From Gammaproteobacteria bacterium (lineage in GTDB: Bacteria; Pseudomonadota; Gammaproteobacteria; JAADHQ01), in the NCBI GenBank assembly GCA_011052215.1, contig DRJK01000168.1:1-56673 (forward strand): a stretch of DNA of 56,673 bases, written 5' to 3'. A program made the position numbers and the translations under genes. Positions 33,350 through 43,671 of this stretch are shown here, piece after piece (position 1 is the stretch's first letter; each line of letters opens with the position of its first letter). The notes under the pieces were generated by a model that did no database searches, had not been told where the DNA came from, and saw only the letters and a list, made by a program, of their open reading frames with translations.

Positions 33350-35016
33350 CAGATTCACAATACAAGCTCTGGTCATTTCACGGCGGGCTGCACCTGCCGG
33401 GCCACAAGAAAATGTCCACCGGTCAGCCAATCGGAAAATATTTTATCCCCGAAAGGCTTATTCTGCCATTGCAGCAAAATATTGGTGAACCTTCTGAACC
33501 CATCGTCAGTGAAGGCGAGTATGTGCTCAAGGGGCAACTGATAGCCAGGGCCAACGGCTATATCAGTGCCCCGTTACATGCACCCACATCCGGTACGGTT
33601 TCCGAAATCACTGAACAACTCATTCCCCATCCATCAGGACTTGCCGCAACCTGCATTATTATAAAGTCTGATGGCCTGGATAAATGGGTACAACTAAGCC
33701 CACATGCCAGTTATGAAAATATGGATCCCAGTGCCTTGCGAAACCGCATACGTGATGCCGGTATTGTCGGCCTTGGCGGTGCCGGCTTCCCTTCCTTCAT
33801 TAAACTTAATCCGGGCAGCAGGACATCCATTGATGAACTGGTTATTAACGCTGCTGAATGTGAACCCTACATTACCTGTGATGACATGCTCATGCGTGAA
33901 CATGCAGATGAAATCATACAGGGTACTCTCATCATGCAACATGCCTTGCATGCCCGACAATGCCTGATTGGTGTGGAGGACGACAAACCCGAAGCCTTAA
34001 AGGTTATGTCTGACGCTGTAAAACGACTGGGGCATGGTCAAATAAAGATTCTTGCAATACCCACCCTCTATCCCACCGGTGGTGAGAAACAAATCATCAA
34101 GGTATTGACTGGCAAAGAAGCTCCCAGCCAGGGGCTGCCGCTTGATACGGGAACGGTTTGTCATAATGTGGGTACTGCTGCTGCCGTATACCAGGCCGTT
34201 ATCCATGGCAGGCCCCTTGTCTCGCGTATTATCACCCTGACGGGTCAAGGTATAAAAACACCGGGCAACCACGAAGTATTGATTGGCACCCCTGTAAATG
34301 AATTTATCGAGCACAACGGTGGTTACCACAACAGGATTGGTAAACTGATCATGGGTGGCCCGATGATGGGTATCAGCCTGGCAAGTGATCTTGTCCCTGT
34401 CATCAAGACAACAAACTGCCTGCTGGGCCAAACGCAGCAAGAGGCCACTGACAACAATACGGTAATGCCCTGCATTCGTTGCGGAGCTTGCATGGATGCC
34501 TGCCCCGTGAACCTGCTGCCACAGCAACTTTACTGGTATGCCTTTGCCAGGGATATGGACAAGATACAGGACTACAATCTGTTTGACTGCATAGAATGTG
34601 GCTGCTGCTGTTACGTCTGCCCAAGTAACATTCCACTGGTACAATATTACCGGTTTGCCAAGACAGAAATCTGGGCACAGGAGCGGGAAAAGAAAAAATC
34701 TGACCGCGCGCGAAATCGCCATGAATTCAGGCTGGAACGGCTCGAAAAGCAGAAAAAAGAACGCGGAGAACGCCTGCGCAAGAAAAAAGCCGCATTAAAC
34801 AAAAGTAAATCGACCGATAAAAAAGACAATGACAAACAGCAAGCAATCGCTGCTGCACTGACACGTGTGCGTGAAAAACAGAAACAACACTCTGTAATAA
34901 GTAAAAATACCGACAACCTGACGGCTGATCAGAAAAAAAAGATCGAAGATGCTGATAAACGCCGGCAACAGAATAACAATGAAAAAGTACCGTCTGAAGA
35001 AGACTCTGACTCCTGA
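33346..35016 (+). CDS. rnfC: Rnf/Rsx complex subunit C
   Basis: [34 protein letters not shown] and a charged tail. Confidence 0.96.
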   Translation: MTDSQYKLWSFHGGLHLPGHKKMSTGQPIGKYFIPERLILPLQQNIGEPSEPIVSEGEYVLKGQLIARANGYISAPLHAPTSGTVSEITEQLIPHPSGLAATCIIIKSDGLDKWVQLSPHASYENMDPSALRNRIRDAGIVGLGGAGFPSFIKLNPGSRTSIDELVINAAECEPYITCDDMLMREHADEIIQGTLIMQHALHARQCLIGVEDDKPEALKVMSDAVKRLGHGQIKILAIPTLYPTGGEKQIIKVLTGKEAPSQGLPLDTGTVCHNVGTAAAVYQAVIHGRPLVSRIITLTGQGIKTPGNHEVLIGTPVNEFIEHNGGYHNRIGKLIMGGPMMGISLASDLVPVIKTTNCLLGQTQQEATDNNTVMPCIRCGACMDACPVNLLPQQLYWYAFARDMDKIQDYNLFDCIECGCCCYVCPSNIPLVQYYRFAKTEIWAQEREKKKSDRARNRHEFRLERLEKQKKERGERLRKKKAALNKSKSTDKKDNDKQQAIAAALTRVREKQKQHSVISKNTDNLTADQKKKIEDADKRRQQNNNEKVPSEEDSDS

Positions 35017-35027
35017 GCGGAAACGAA

Positions 35028-36044
35028 ATGCAATTTAACAAATCAACATCACCATATCTGCACAACACCAGAGACATACCCACAGTCATGCGACTTGTAT
35101 TGTTGGCGTTACTACCGGGTACGATTGCCTATTATTATTTCTTTGGCTGGGCCATTCTCATCAACATAACAATTGCATGCATTACTGCGGTAATTTGTGA
35201 GGCATTGATGCTGGCCTTGCGCAATCGACCACTGCTTTTCCTGAAAGACTACAGCGCAATATTAACGGCCTGCCTGCTTGCACTCGCCTTGCCTACACTG
35301 GCACCCTGGTGGTTGATTGTTCTGGCTTGTTTCTTTGCAATCGTTGCAGGTAAACATCTGTATGGCGGGCTGGGATACAACCCGTTCAACCCGGCCATGA
35401 TTGGCTATGTCGTCGTCATGGTTTCCTTTCCACAATATATGACCCAGTGGTTACTGCCTGATATTGACCTGAGCCTGATACAAACCCTGCAACTGCAATT
35501 CCAGGGGATAACGCCGGTGAGTATGACACTGGACAGCATTACTTCGGCAACCCCGATAGACAGCATAAAAACCGGCCTGAGTCTGGATCTACCTCTTTCG
35601 CAAATCACCAGTTCATCACTGTTTGGCGCCGTCGGCGGCGCCGGATGGGAATGGATAGCAAGCGGCTTTTTACTCGGCGGGGTCTGGTTGCTTTATAAAG
35701 ACATTATTACCTGGCATATTCCGGCCGGCCTGCTGGCCACCCTGGCGCTTATGGCTGCAATATTTTATATCGTCAGCCCCGAACATTATTCAAACCCGGC
35801 TTTTCAACTATTCAGTGGCGGCACGATGTTGACAGCATTTTTTATTGCAACTGATCCGGTTAGCGCCAGCACAACCCCCAGAGGAAAAATCATTTATGCT
35901 TCGGGCATTGGTTTGATAACCTATATCATCCGTACCTGGGGTGGTTACCCGGACGGAATCGCCTTCGCCGTCCTGCTGATGAATATGACAGTTCCAACGA
36001 TTGACTACTATACCCGCCCCCGGGTATTTGGAGTAAAACGATAA
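35028..36044 (+). CDS. rnfD: Rnf/Rsx complex subunit D
   Basis: GGLGYNPFNPA, SATP FMN site and ATDPVS. Confidence 0.96.
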   Translation: MQFNKSTSPYLHNTRDIPTVMRLVLLALLPGTIAYYYFFGWAILINITIACITAVICEALMLALRNRPLLFLKDYSAILTACLLALALPTLAPWWLIVLACFFAIVAGKHLYGGLGYNPFNPAMIGYVVVMVSFPQYMTQWLLPDIDLSLIQTLQLQFQGITPVSMTLDSITSATPIDSIKTGLSLDLPLSQITSSSLFGAVGGAGWEWIASGFLLGGVWLLYKDIITWHIPAGLLATLALMAAIFYIVSPEHYSNPAFQLFSGGTMLTAFFIATDPVSASTTPRGKIIYASGIGLITYIIRTWGGYPDGIAFAVLLMNMTVPTIDYYTRPRVFGVKR

Positions 36045-36694
36045 TGACGACTATCAGGAAGAACATGATTCGCTCAGCATTATTACTGTCCTTGTTCGCC
36101 CTGGTCGGAACCGGTCTGCTCAGCCTGACTTATGAAGCCACCCATGAGCGGATCGCACAAAATGAACGTGATGAACTGATCCGCAACCTGCACAAAATCA
36201 TATCTCCTGATAAACATGATAATGATATTTTTCATGACACGATAGAAATACAACACCCGTACCTTCTGGGAACAGAAAAGCCGGTCACTGTTTACAGGGC
36301 CCGAAAAAACGGGGTCCCGGTCACTGCTGTATTCAGCAGCATTGCTCCCAATGGATACAACGGTACAATAAAGCTCCTGATTGGAATTGACACTAAAGGA
36401 CAATTGACCGGTGTGAGGGTTATCGCACACAGGGAAACACCCGGGCTGGGGGATGCCATTGAAGCGGAACGTTCTGACTGGATATTGGGTTTTAAAGGAA
36501 AATCCCTGCTTAAGCCGGCAGAAAAAGACTGGAAAGTAAAAAAGGATGGCGGATTTTTTGACCAGTTTACCGGTGCCACCATCACACCACGCGCAATTGT
36601 CAAGGCAGTAAAAAATACTTTGTTATACTATAAGTTAAACAAACACCTTATATACAGTACTAAACAACAAGGATCGGGCAATACCCATGAATAA
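36044..36694 (+). CDS. rnfG: Rnf/Rsx complex subunit G
   Basis: HRETPGLGD and the FTGATIT FMN site. Confidence 0.96.
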   Translation: MTTIRKNMIRSALLLSLFALVGTGLLSLTYEATHERIAQNERDELIRNLHKIISPDKHDNDIFHDTIEIQHPYLLGTEKPVTVYRARKNGVPVTAVFSSIAPNGYNGTIKLLIGIDTKGQLTGVRVIAHRETPGLGDAIEAERSDWILGFKGKSLLKPAEKDWKVKKDGGFFDQFTGATITPRAIVKAVKNTLLYYKLNKHLIYSTKQQGSGNTHE

Positions 36695-37382
36695 TTCAGT
36701 CACACAAATCAGTAAAGACGGTTTTTGGCGCAACAATCCCGCCCTGGTACAACTGTTGGGACTGTGTCCCTTGCTGGCAGTTACCTCTACGGTAATAAAC
36801 GGGCTTGGCCTGGGTATTGCAACCACACTGGTTCTGATCGGCTCCAATGTTATTGTCTCCATGATCCGGAACCTTGTCCGTAGTGAGATCAGAATCCCGG
36901 TTTTTGTGCTTATCATTGCATCTCTGGTCACTATCGTGGAACTTCTCCTGAACGCCTATCTCCATTCTTTATATAAAACACTGGGCATATTCATTCCACT
37001 GATTGTCACCAACTGTGCCATTATCGGTCGTGCAGAATCCTTCGCATCAAAACATTCTGTATTTCATTCCCTTATTGATGGACTGACCATGGGGCTGGGT
37101 TTCACGTCAGTCCTCGTTTTGTTAGGTGCTATGCGTGAGGTGGTCGGGTTCGGTACATTACTTGCCAATGCGAACCTGATGTTTGGTGAGGCCGCCCGTA
37201 ATATGACAATTACATTCAGCACTGATTACCCTGGATTCCTGCTGGCCATCCTGCCTCCCGGGGCATTCATCGGCCTGGGGCTGATTATTGCGGTTAAAAA
37301 TATGATTGACCGTCGTTCTGCCCGAATGGCTGCCGTCAGGAAAAATGTTGAAACTGAAACTTCAGGCGCCTGTCGAGTCTAG
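36687..37382 (+). CDS. rnfE: Rnf/Rsx complex subunit E
   Basis: [18 protein letters not shown] and LPPGAF. Confidence 0.96.
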   Translation: MNNSVTQISKDGFWRNNPALVQLLGLCPLLAVTSTVINGLGLGIATTLVLIGSNVIVSMIRNLVRSEIRIPVFVLIIASLVTIVELLLNAYLHSLYKTLGIFIPLIVTNCAIIGRAESFASKHSVFHSLIDGLTMGLGFTSVLVLLGAMREVVGFGTLLANANLMFGEAARNMTITFSTDYPGFLLAILPPGAFIGLGLIIAVKNMIDRRSARMAAVRKNVETETSGACRV

Positions 37383-37492
37383 TGCTCCCTGATGCAGGTG
37401 ACAGGTCAACGCATGGAACGCTGCCTGAAATCATCCTGGATCCGACTGACCCCTGATGCCTGAATAACCCGGATACAAATTTTTGCTTCTCT

Positions 37493-38128
37493 ATGAATGC
37501 TAAAAAACGATATGAAATATTTCAGCGTCTGAAAGAACATAACCCCGAACCCGCGACTGAACTGAAATACAACAATACCTTTCAATTACTGGTTGCTGTT
37601 ATCCTGTCAGCACAAGCAACCGATGTGGGTGTTAACAAGGCAACCACCGCCTTGTTCAGAAAATGTAAAACCCCGGCCTCAATCCTTAAACTGGGAGAAG
37701 AAGTACTCAAGGGGTATATAAAAACAATCGGCCTCTATAATACAAAAAGTAAAAATATAATTAAAACCTGCCATATGTTGATTGACAAACACCGGGGACA
37801 GGTTCCACAAGACCGGGCAGCGCTGGAGGCCCTGCCGGGGGTGGGTCGAAAAACTGCCAATGTGGTACTCAATACGGCATTCGGACACCCGACCATTGCA
37901 GTGGACACACATATATTCAGGGTTGCAAATCGTACTCGCATGGCACCCGGCAAAAATGTCCTTGAGGTGGAAAAAAAGTTACTCAAATTTGTGCCCGGGG
38001 AATTTCGTCTCGATGCACACCATTGGCTTATTCTGCACGGCAGGTACACCTGCATCGCTCGTAAACCAAGGTGTGGTTCATGTGTTATCGAAGACCTGTG
38101 TGAATTTAAAAATAAAACAGAAAATTGA
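37493..38128 (+). CDS. nth: Endonuclease III
   Basis: LSAQATD, HhH LPGVGRKTANVV, VDTH and the C-terminal Cx6Cx2Cx5C motif. Confidence 0.97.
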   Translation: MNAKKRYEIFQRLKEHNPEPATELKYNNTFQLLVAVILSAQATDVGVNKATTALFRKCKTPASILKLGEEVLKGYIKTIGLYNTKSKNIIKTCHMLIDKHRGQVPQDRAALEALPGVGRKTANVVLNTAFGHPTIAVDTHIFRVANRTRMAPGKNVLEVEKKLLKFVPGEFRLDAHHWLILHGRYTCIARKPRCGSCVIEDLCEFKNKTEN

Positions 38129-38164
38129 CAATGTTATGCACTAATAACCAAGCAGGCATAAAAT

Positions 38165-38602
38165 ATGTTTTATAGCAAGGACCGTAACCAGATCAGGGGG
38201 TTTTTTCGCTCATCATGGCAAAAATTTATCAGCAAACAACCCGTTGAACCACTCGAGGCCCTCGTTGGCGAAGTGGTCAGCATGCACCCCGAGTATCATC
38301 CGATGCTGGAAAACAGGCAGGATGACCTGGGCCGGGACTATCAACCCGAAGATGGACAGACGAATCCATTTTTGCATATGGGTATGCATATTACCTTGAG
38401 AGAACAGTTTGCCAGCAACCACCCCGATGGTATTGAGTCTATATACAAGAAGGTGCTGAATAAAACCGGCGACCCTCACAAAACTGAACATTTGATGATG
38501 GATTGCCTGGCCGAAAGCCTGTGGCAGGCACAAAGAAAAAATGAATTGCCTGAAGATCAGGCCTATATTCAATGCCTTAAGCAGATAATAAACCGATATT
38601 GA
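38165..38602 (+). CDS. DUF1841-family protein
   Basis: HPEYH and NPFLHMGMHI motifs. Commonly follows nth. Confidence 0.85.
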   Translation: MFYSKDRNQIRGFFRSSWQKFISKQPVEPLEALVGEVVSMHPEYHPMLENRQDDLGRDYQPEDGQTNPFLHMGMHITLREQFASNHPDGIESIYKKVLNKTGDPHKTEHLMMDCLAESLWQAQRKNELPEDQAYIQCLKQIINRY

Positions 38603-38771
38603 TATAATTCCGTGATTTTTCAACCCTATAATGAAACTTTCCAGACGGTAACAAGTCCTACACCATTAAGGCAAAGCAATGGTTGCCTGTATCTTGAAAA
38701 ACAGTACTATATCACTTTGGCATTACAAAAATATTAGATGGCCAATCCAACTATCCTAAGGAGCACTGATT

Positions 38772-39206
38772 ATGAATAAGAACTTTATCCAAAAACCACT
38801 GGCTGCAGCAATGGGCGCTGCTTTTCTGACATCTGTCTCAGCAATGTCTGTGGCTGGAACAAATCAAAACCCGTTCTCAGCAACACAACTGAACAACGGT
38901 TACATGCAAACTGCGGCAGCAGAAGGCAAATGTGGCGGCCAGAAAGAAATGAATAAACCCAAGGAAGGTAAATGCGGCGGCAACAAGGTAATGAAGAAAA
39001 GTATGGAAGGTAAATGTGGTGCCAGCAAGGAAATGAAGAAAGGCAAGGAAGGTAAATGTGGTGCTGCCAAGGTCAAGAATGAAGGCAAGTGTGGCGGTAA
39101 AAAAGGAATGGTGAAAAGCATGGAAGGAAAATGCGGCGCCAGCAAGCAAGCGAAGAAAGCCAAAGAAGGTAAATGTGGTGAAGGCAAGTGCGGTGGCAAG
39201 AAATAA
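38772..39206 (+). CDS. hvfA: Bufferin/HvfA (oxazolin)-type RiPP precursor with a Sec signal and 8 EGKCG repeats
   Basis: Signal peptide, NPF motif and eight EGKCG units, mostly 14 aa apart, ending EGKCGEGKCGGKK. Directly upstream of a DUF692 gene. Confidence 0.88.
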   Translation: MNKNFIQKPLAAAMGAAFLTSVSAMSVAGTNQNPFSATQLNNGYMQTAAAEGKCGGQKEMNKPKEGKCGGNKVMKKSMEGKCGASKEMKKGKEGKCGAAKVKNEGKCGGKKGMVKSMEGKCGASKQAKKAKEGKCGEGKCGGKK

Positions 39207-39218
39207 GGTTACTGTTCT

Positions 39219-40070
39219 GTGAGTCAATCACAATATCCTGTTGAAGGTAGTGGTCTCGGTTTAAGGCGATCCCTGTTGGGTGAGCTGACCGAGGCCCACC
39301 CTTCACAAATCGATTTTATGGAAATTGCCCCGGAAAACTGGATCGGCCTGGGTGGTACTTTTGGCAAACAGTTTCGCTATTTTACAGAACGCTACCCGTT
39401 TATCTGCCACGGCCTGTCACTGTCTATAGGTAGCCCCTCTCCACTGGATATGGATTTTTTAAAAGACCTGAAGGATTTTTTAAAAAATCACAATATCAAG
39501 GCCTACTCCGAACACCTCAGTTTTTGCAGCGATACCGGGCATCTGTATGATCTGATGCCTATCCCGTTCACCGATGAAGCCGTTAAATATGTAGCCGACA
39601 GAATTCGCACCGTACAGGATACACTGGAACAACGTATCGCGATGGAAAACGTCTCTTACTACGCAGCACCCGGTAAGGAAATGGAGGAAATTGACTTCCT
39701 CAATGCCGTCATTTCAGAGGCTGACTGCGACCTGTTGCTGGATGTTAATAATATTTATGTTAACAGTGTTAATCACCGCTATGATGCGGAGACATTTTTA
39801 AAGGCCCTTCCGGCCGAAAGGATCATGTATCTCCATATAGCGGGTCATTACCAGGAGGCCGAAGACCTGGTCGTCGACACCCACGGCGCAGACATTATTG
39901 ATCCTGTCTGGGCGTTGCTGGACAAGGCCTATGAGGCCTTCGGCGTTGTACCTACCTTACTGGAACGTGATTTCAATATTCCACCCCTTAAGGAATTATT
40001 GAAAGAAGTGGATATTATTTCATCCATGCAGAACAAATGGAATCACCAGCATGACCAGCAACATGCATGA
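39219..40070 (+). CDS. hvfB: Multinuclear non-heme iron oxidative enzyme (DUF692/MNIO)
   Basis: GLGLRR, EIAPENW, HGLSLS, SEHLS, ENVSYY, LLDVNN, HIAGH, DTHG and LLERD motifs. Confidence 0.95.
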   Translation: MSQSQYPVEGSGLGLRRSLLGELTEAHPSQIDFMEIAPENWIGLGGTFGKQFRYFTERYPFICHGLSLSIGSPSPLDMDFLKDLKDFLKNHNIKAYSEHLSFCSDTGHLYDLMPIPFTDEAVKYVADRIRTVQDTLEQRIAMENVSYYAAPGKEMEEIDFLNAVISEADCDLLLDVNNIYVNSVNHRYDAETFLKALPAERIMYLHIAGHYQEAEDLVVDTHGADIIDPVWALLDKAYEAFGVVPTLLERDFNIPPLKELLKEVDIISSMQNKWNHQHDQQHA

Positions 40071-40830
40071 TGAAAAACAGCCTGCATTTATGCGCAGACA
40101 ATTCGAGTTTGCTGCACACATCAGAAACCCGGCGCTCAATAAAAAACCTGAAGGTATCGAGAACAGGCGCATGGGAATCTATCGCGACCTGTTCTATAAC
40201 AATGTTGAAGGCTTTATAGCCAGCGGTTTTCCTGTACTGCGTGAAATTTTTTCTGATGAATCCTGGCACTCCATGGTCAGGGACTTTTACACCAGACACA
40301 GGTGCAAGACTCCATACTTTTTGGAAATTTCACAGGAATTTCTCGATTATCTCGGCAATGAACGTGATAACCCGAATGATCCCGCCTTTATCAACGAACT
40401 GGCCCATTATGAATGGACCGAACTGGCCATGAGTGCAGCAGAGGAAGAAATATCTGATGAAGGCATTGATACCAGGGGTGACTTAATCCAGGGCACACCT
40501 ATATTATCACCACTGGCCTGGCTCCTTACCTATCAGTTTGATGTGCAACACATCGGGCCGGATTATCAGCCGGAAGTACCACCGCAACAGGCCACCACCC
40601 TGGTTGTGTATCGTAATCGTGACGATGAAGTCGGCTTCATGGAAGTCAATCCGGTAACAGCTCACCTGGTTCAAAGTCTTGAACTGAACCCCGGCCAGAC
40701 CGGCATGGAAATATTAAATAAAATTGCTGAAGAATTGAACCATTCTGACCCGGGTGCTGTCATAAAGGGTGGAATGCAGATAATGAATCAATTACGCGAA
40801 GCCGATATATTGTTGGGGGTGCGTAATTAA
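40063..40830 (+). CDS. hvfC: DUF2063 MNIO partner protein (HvfC/BufC-like)
   Basis: FAAHIRNP, RRMGIYRDLFYNN, TPYFLEISQEF and ELAHYEW. Overlaps the DUF692 stop. Alternative start at 40051. Confidence 0.9.
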   Translation: MHDEKQPAFMRRQFEFAAHIRNPALNKKPEGIENRRMGIYRDLFYNNVEGFIASGFPVLREIFSDESWHSMVRDFYTRHRCKTPYFLEISQEFLDYLGNERDNPNDPAFINELAHYEWTELAMSAAEEEISDEGIDTRGDLIQGTPILSPLAWLLTYQFDVQHIGPDYQPEVPPQQATTLVVYRNRDDEVGFMEVNPVTAHLVQSLELNPGQTGMEILNKIAEELNHSDPGAVIKGGMQIMNQLREADILLGVRN

Positions 40831-40850
40831 ACAATAAACGGAGAACTGGC

Positions 40851-41447
40851 ATGTTACTGACCATGCAAAATTTATTGAATCGCACCCGCGCATTCGACTT
40901 CATCGCACCACTCGCCATACGACTCTACCTGGCACCAATTTTCTGGATGGCCGGCATGACAAAATTCAACAGCTTTGAAGATACCTCGGCCTGGTTTGGT
41001 AATAAGGAATGGGGGCTTGGTCTGCCGTTTCCGGATATCATGGCCTTCCTGGCTACAGGTACCGAACTCGCCGGGGCTGTCATGCTGATATTTGGCCTGG
41101 GTGTACGCTGGATCAGCGTCCCCCTGATGGTCACGATGTTTGTTGCCATATTCCAGGTGCACTGGAAACACGGCTGGCAGGCCATAGCCGATGCCAAATT
41201 CTGTATGTTTAATTGCTCCGATGCACAGGGATCTATCGAAAGACTGAGTGCAGCAAGAGATATTCTGAAGGCACACGGCAATTATGAATGGCTAACCGAA
41301 CATGGCAGTTTCGTTATATTGAATAACGGAATTGAATTCGCTGTCACCTATCTTATCATGCTGCTGGTTCTGTTCTTTTACGGTGCCGGAAAATATGTCA
41401 GCGCGGATCACTGGATAGCCCGGTATTTTATGAAAAACCCGGCTTAG
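40851..41447 (+). CDS. DoxX-family membrane protein of the MNIO cluster
   Basis: IRLYLAPIFWMAG, WGLGLPFP, VHWKHGW, NNGIEF and GAGKYVSAD. Confidence 0.9.
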   Translation: MLLTMQNLLNRTRAFDFIAPLAIRLYLAPIFWMAGMTKFNSFEDTSAWFGNKEWGLGLPFPDIMAFLATGTELAGAVMLIFGLGVRWISVPLMVTMFVAIFQVHWKHGWQAIADAKFCMFNCSDAQGSIERLSAARDILKAHGNYEWLTEHGSFVILNNGIEFAVTYLIMLLVLFFYGAGKYVSADHWIARYFMKNPA

Positions 41448-41454
41448 GTTTATA

Positions 41455-41529
41455 CCACGGAGAATGAACAGATTATTTCACACCGTCTAACTCCTCAGAC
41501 AACAAATAATCTTCTCCGTGGCTTTTTTT
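41455..41529 (+). terminator. Hairpin plus T tract ending the RiPP operon
   Basis: CCACGGAGAA..GATTATTT pairs with AAATAATCTTCTCCGTGG, followed by CTTTTTTT. Confidence 0.55.
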
Positions 41530-41543
41530 ATGTAATAATTTAT

Positions 41544-41778
41544 CACTGCTGCCCCGTTAACCTGTAACAAATATAGTTGAAAGGTAAACGGCAAGTCGAT
41601 TTTGAACTAAACAGGGCATTGCGGACATGAAACCGGCATAGCCAAATCAAGACACGCAAAAGACGCCATCCCTGGCCGCTCGGCTGCCGCATCCCTGCGG
41701 CAGACGGTCTTTATTTGGCTATGCCGATTCCATGTCCTCACATCGATGCTCGTTTCAAAAGTTAACAGGGCAGCAGTG
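41544..41778 (-). mobile_element. MITE-like element copy 2 (235 bp)
   Basis: TIRs CACTGCTGCCCCGTTAAC and GTTAACAGGGCAGCAGTG. The 9-bp flanks ATAATTTAT and ATAAATTAT differ at 1 position. Internal 31-bp stem. Confidence 0.9.
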
Positions 41779-41847
41779 ATAAATTATATATCTTTGCAAG
41801 ATATGCTGTTTCCAGCACCTTCGTGCAGAAGCGGCCATGGTTCGTAT

Positions 41848-43533
41848 CTACATGCTGTTTTTCTTACTCCATGTATCTCTCAGGGTTACCGTGCGGTTGA
41901 AGACAGGCCGATTGCCGCTGACGTGCGCCTCATCCAGGCAGAAATAACCTTCACGCTCAAACTGAAACTGCTCACCTGGTTTAGCATCTGCCATGCTCAA
42001 TTCAATAAAACATTGGGTTAACGTCCAAAGTGAATCGGGGTTTATAAATTCCTTGTAGTCCTTGCCTGCACTTTCCGGGGCAGGAAGATTAAACAACCGG
42101 TCATACAGACGGATTTCAGCCTCGATTGCATGTGTAACCGATACCCAGTGTATGACCCCCTTTATTTTTCTGCCTTGCGGATTTTTACCCAATGTGTCGG
42201 GGTCATAGGTACAACGCAACTCGATAATATCGCCATTATTATCCTTGATTACCTCATTACATCGAATCACATAGGCGTTTCGCAAACGTACTTCTCCACC
42301 CGACACCAGTCGCTTGAATTTCTTGTTTGGGGCCACCTCCAGAAAATCTCCACGGTCTATATATATTTCGCGACCAAACGGAATTTTGCGTGTCCCCATT
42401 GACTCATCCTGCGGATGGTTCGCTGCATCCAATTCTTCCGGGTGGCCTTCCGGGTAGTTCTCGATTACCACTTTCAATGGATGCAGTACTGCCATACGCC
42501 GGGGGGCATGTTCGTTCAAATCTTCGCGTATACAGTTTTCCAGTACGCCCATTTCAACCGTATTATCAGACTTGGTGACACCAATACGATCACAGAAATC
42601 ACGGATAGACCTCGATGTAAAACCCCGTCTTCGCAAACCCGCTATGGTAGGCATGCGTGGGTCATCCCAGCCATCAACATGACCCTCCTTAACCAGTTCG
42701 GTCAATTTGCGTTTACTGACAATCGTGTATTGTAAATTCAGCCTTGAAAACTCTATCTGCCGTGGGTGGCAGGGAATGGAAATATTATCCAGAACCCAGT
42801 CATACAAGGGTCGGTGGTCCTCAAACTCCAGTGTACACAGGGAATGGGTAACTCCTTCCAGGGCATCGGATATCGGATGGGTATAATCATACATCGGATA
42901 GATGCACCATTTTTCACCTGTCTGGTGATGGATGACACCATGCCGAATACGATACAGGGTCGGGTCACGCATATTGATATTGGGTGAGGCCATGTCTATC
43001 CTGGCACGCAGCACACGCGCTCCATCTTCGAACTCACCCTCTTTCATACGTTTAAACAGGTCCAGGTTCTCTTCAACTGTTCGATTACGGCAGGGACTTT
43101 CGCGACCCGGTTCTTTCAATGTGCCGCGATATTCCCGAACCTCATCTGCACCAAGATCACAGACAAATGCCTTGCCATTTTTTATTAACTCCACTGCATA
43201 ATCATGTAGTTGCTGGAAATAGTCAGATGCAAAATACAAACGGCCACCCCAGTCAAAACCGAGCCATTTTACATCCTTCTGGATTGCGTCAACAAATTCC
43301 TCATCTTCCTTGTGTGGATTGGTATCGTCAAACCGAAGGTTACAGGTTCCATCATAGTCTTTCGCGATACCAAAATTAAGGCATATAGATTTGGCATGAC
43401 CAATGTGAAGATATCCGTTCGGCTCAGGCGGGAAACGTGTTGCCACCTTGCCTTCATTTTTACCCGTCTTGATATCTTCGTCGATTATATGGCGTATAAA
43501 ATTATTGGGGCTGACTGTTTCCTCAACACTCAT
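41848..43533 (-). CDS. glnS: Glutamine--tRNA ligase
   Basis: [37 protein letters not shown] and FQFEREGYF. Confidence 0.98.
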   Translation of the reverse strand: MSVEETVSPNNFIRHIIDEDIKTGKNEGKVATRFPPEPNGYLHIGHAKSICLNFGIAKDYDGTCNLRFDDTNPHKEDEEFVDAIQKDVKWLGFDWGGRLYFASDYFQQLHDYAVELIKNGKAFVCDLGADEVREYRGTLKEPGRESPCRNRTVEENLDLFKRMKEGEFEDGARVLRARIDMASPNINMRDPTLYRIRHGVIHHQTGEKWCIYPMYDYTHPISDALEGVTHSLCTLEFEDHRPLYDWVLDNISIPCHPRQIEFSRLNLQYTIVSKRKLTELVKEGHVDGWDDPRMPTIAGLRRRGFTSRSIRDFCDRIGVTKSDNTVEMGVLENCIREDLNEHAPRRMAVLHPLKVVIENYPEGHPEELDAANHPQDESMGTRKIPFGREIYIDRGDFLEVAPNKKFKRLVSGGEVRLRNAYVIRCNEVIKDNNGDIIELRCTYDPDTLGKNPQGRKIKGVIHWVSVTHAIEAEIRLYDRLFNLPAPESAGKDYKEFINPDSLWTLTQCFIELSMADAKPGEQFQFEREGYFCLDEAHVSGNRPVFNRTVTLRDTWSKKNSM

Positions 43534-43671
43534 AAGTATTCCTTTCAGGCTCTTCTGGCTATTTCTGTTTTATTTTATCCTGTCTGTGGTCGATACGCAC
43601 GTTTATTAACAGAAATGTATATGATAGCGAAATATCCAGTTGCAGGCGAACAGTGGAGAATAGAGCCCGGC

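Noticed and set aside
33997-34722. 241-aa minus-strand ORF
   Set aside because: It is an antisense shadow of rnfC.
32190-38128. rnf operon as a sign of nitrogen fixation or a novel system
   Set aside because: The metG-rnfABCDGE-nth arrangement is the ordinary housekeeping Rnf/Rsx locus, and there are no nif genes here.
38920-39200. Periodic GAAGGYAARTGYGG repeats (~42-bp period) as a CRISPR array
   Set aside because: They are in-frame EGKCG codons with synonymous variation. The repeat is too short and there are no cas genes.
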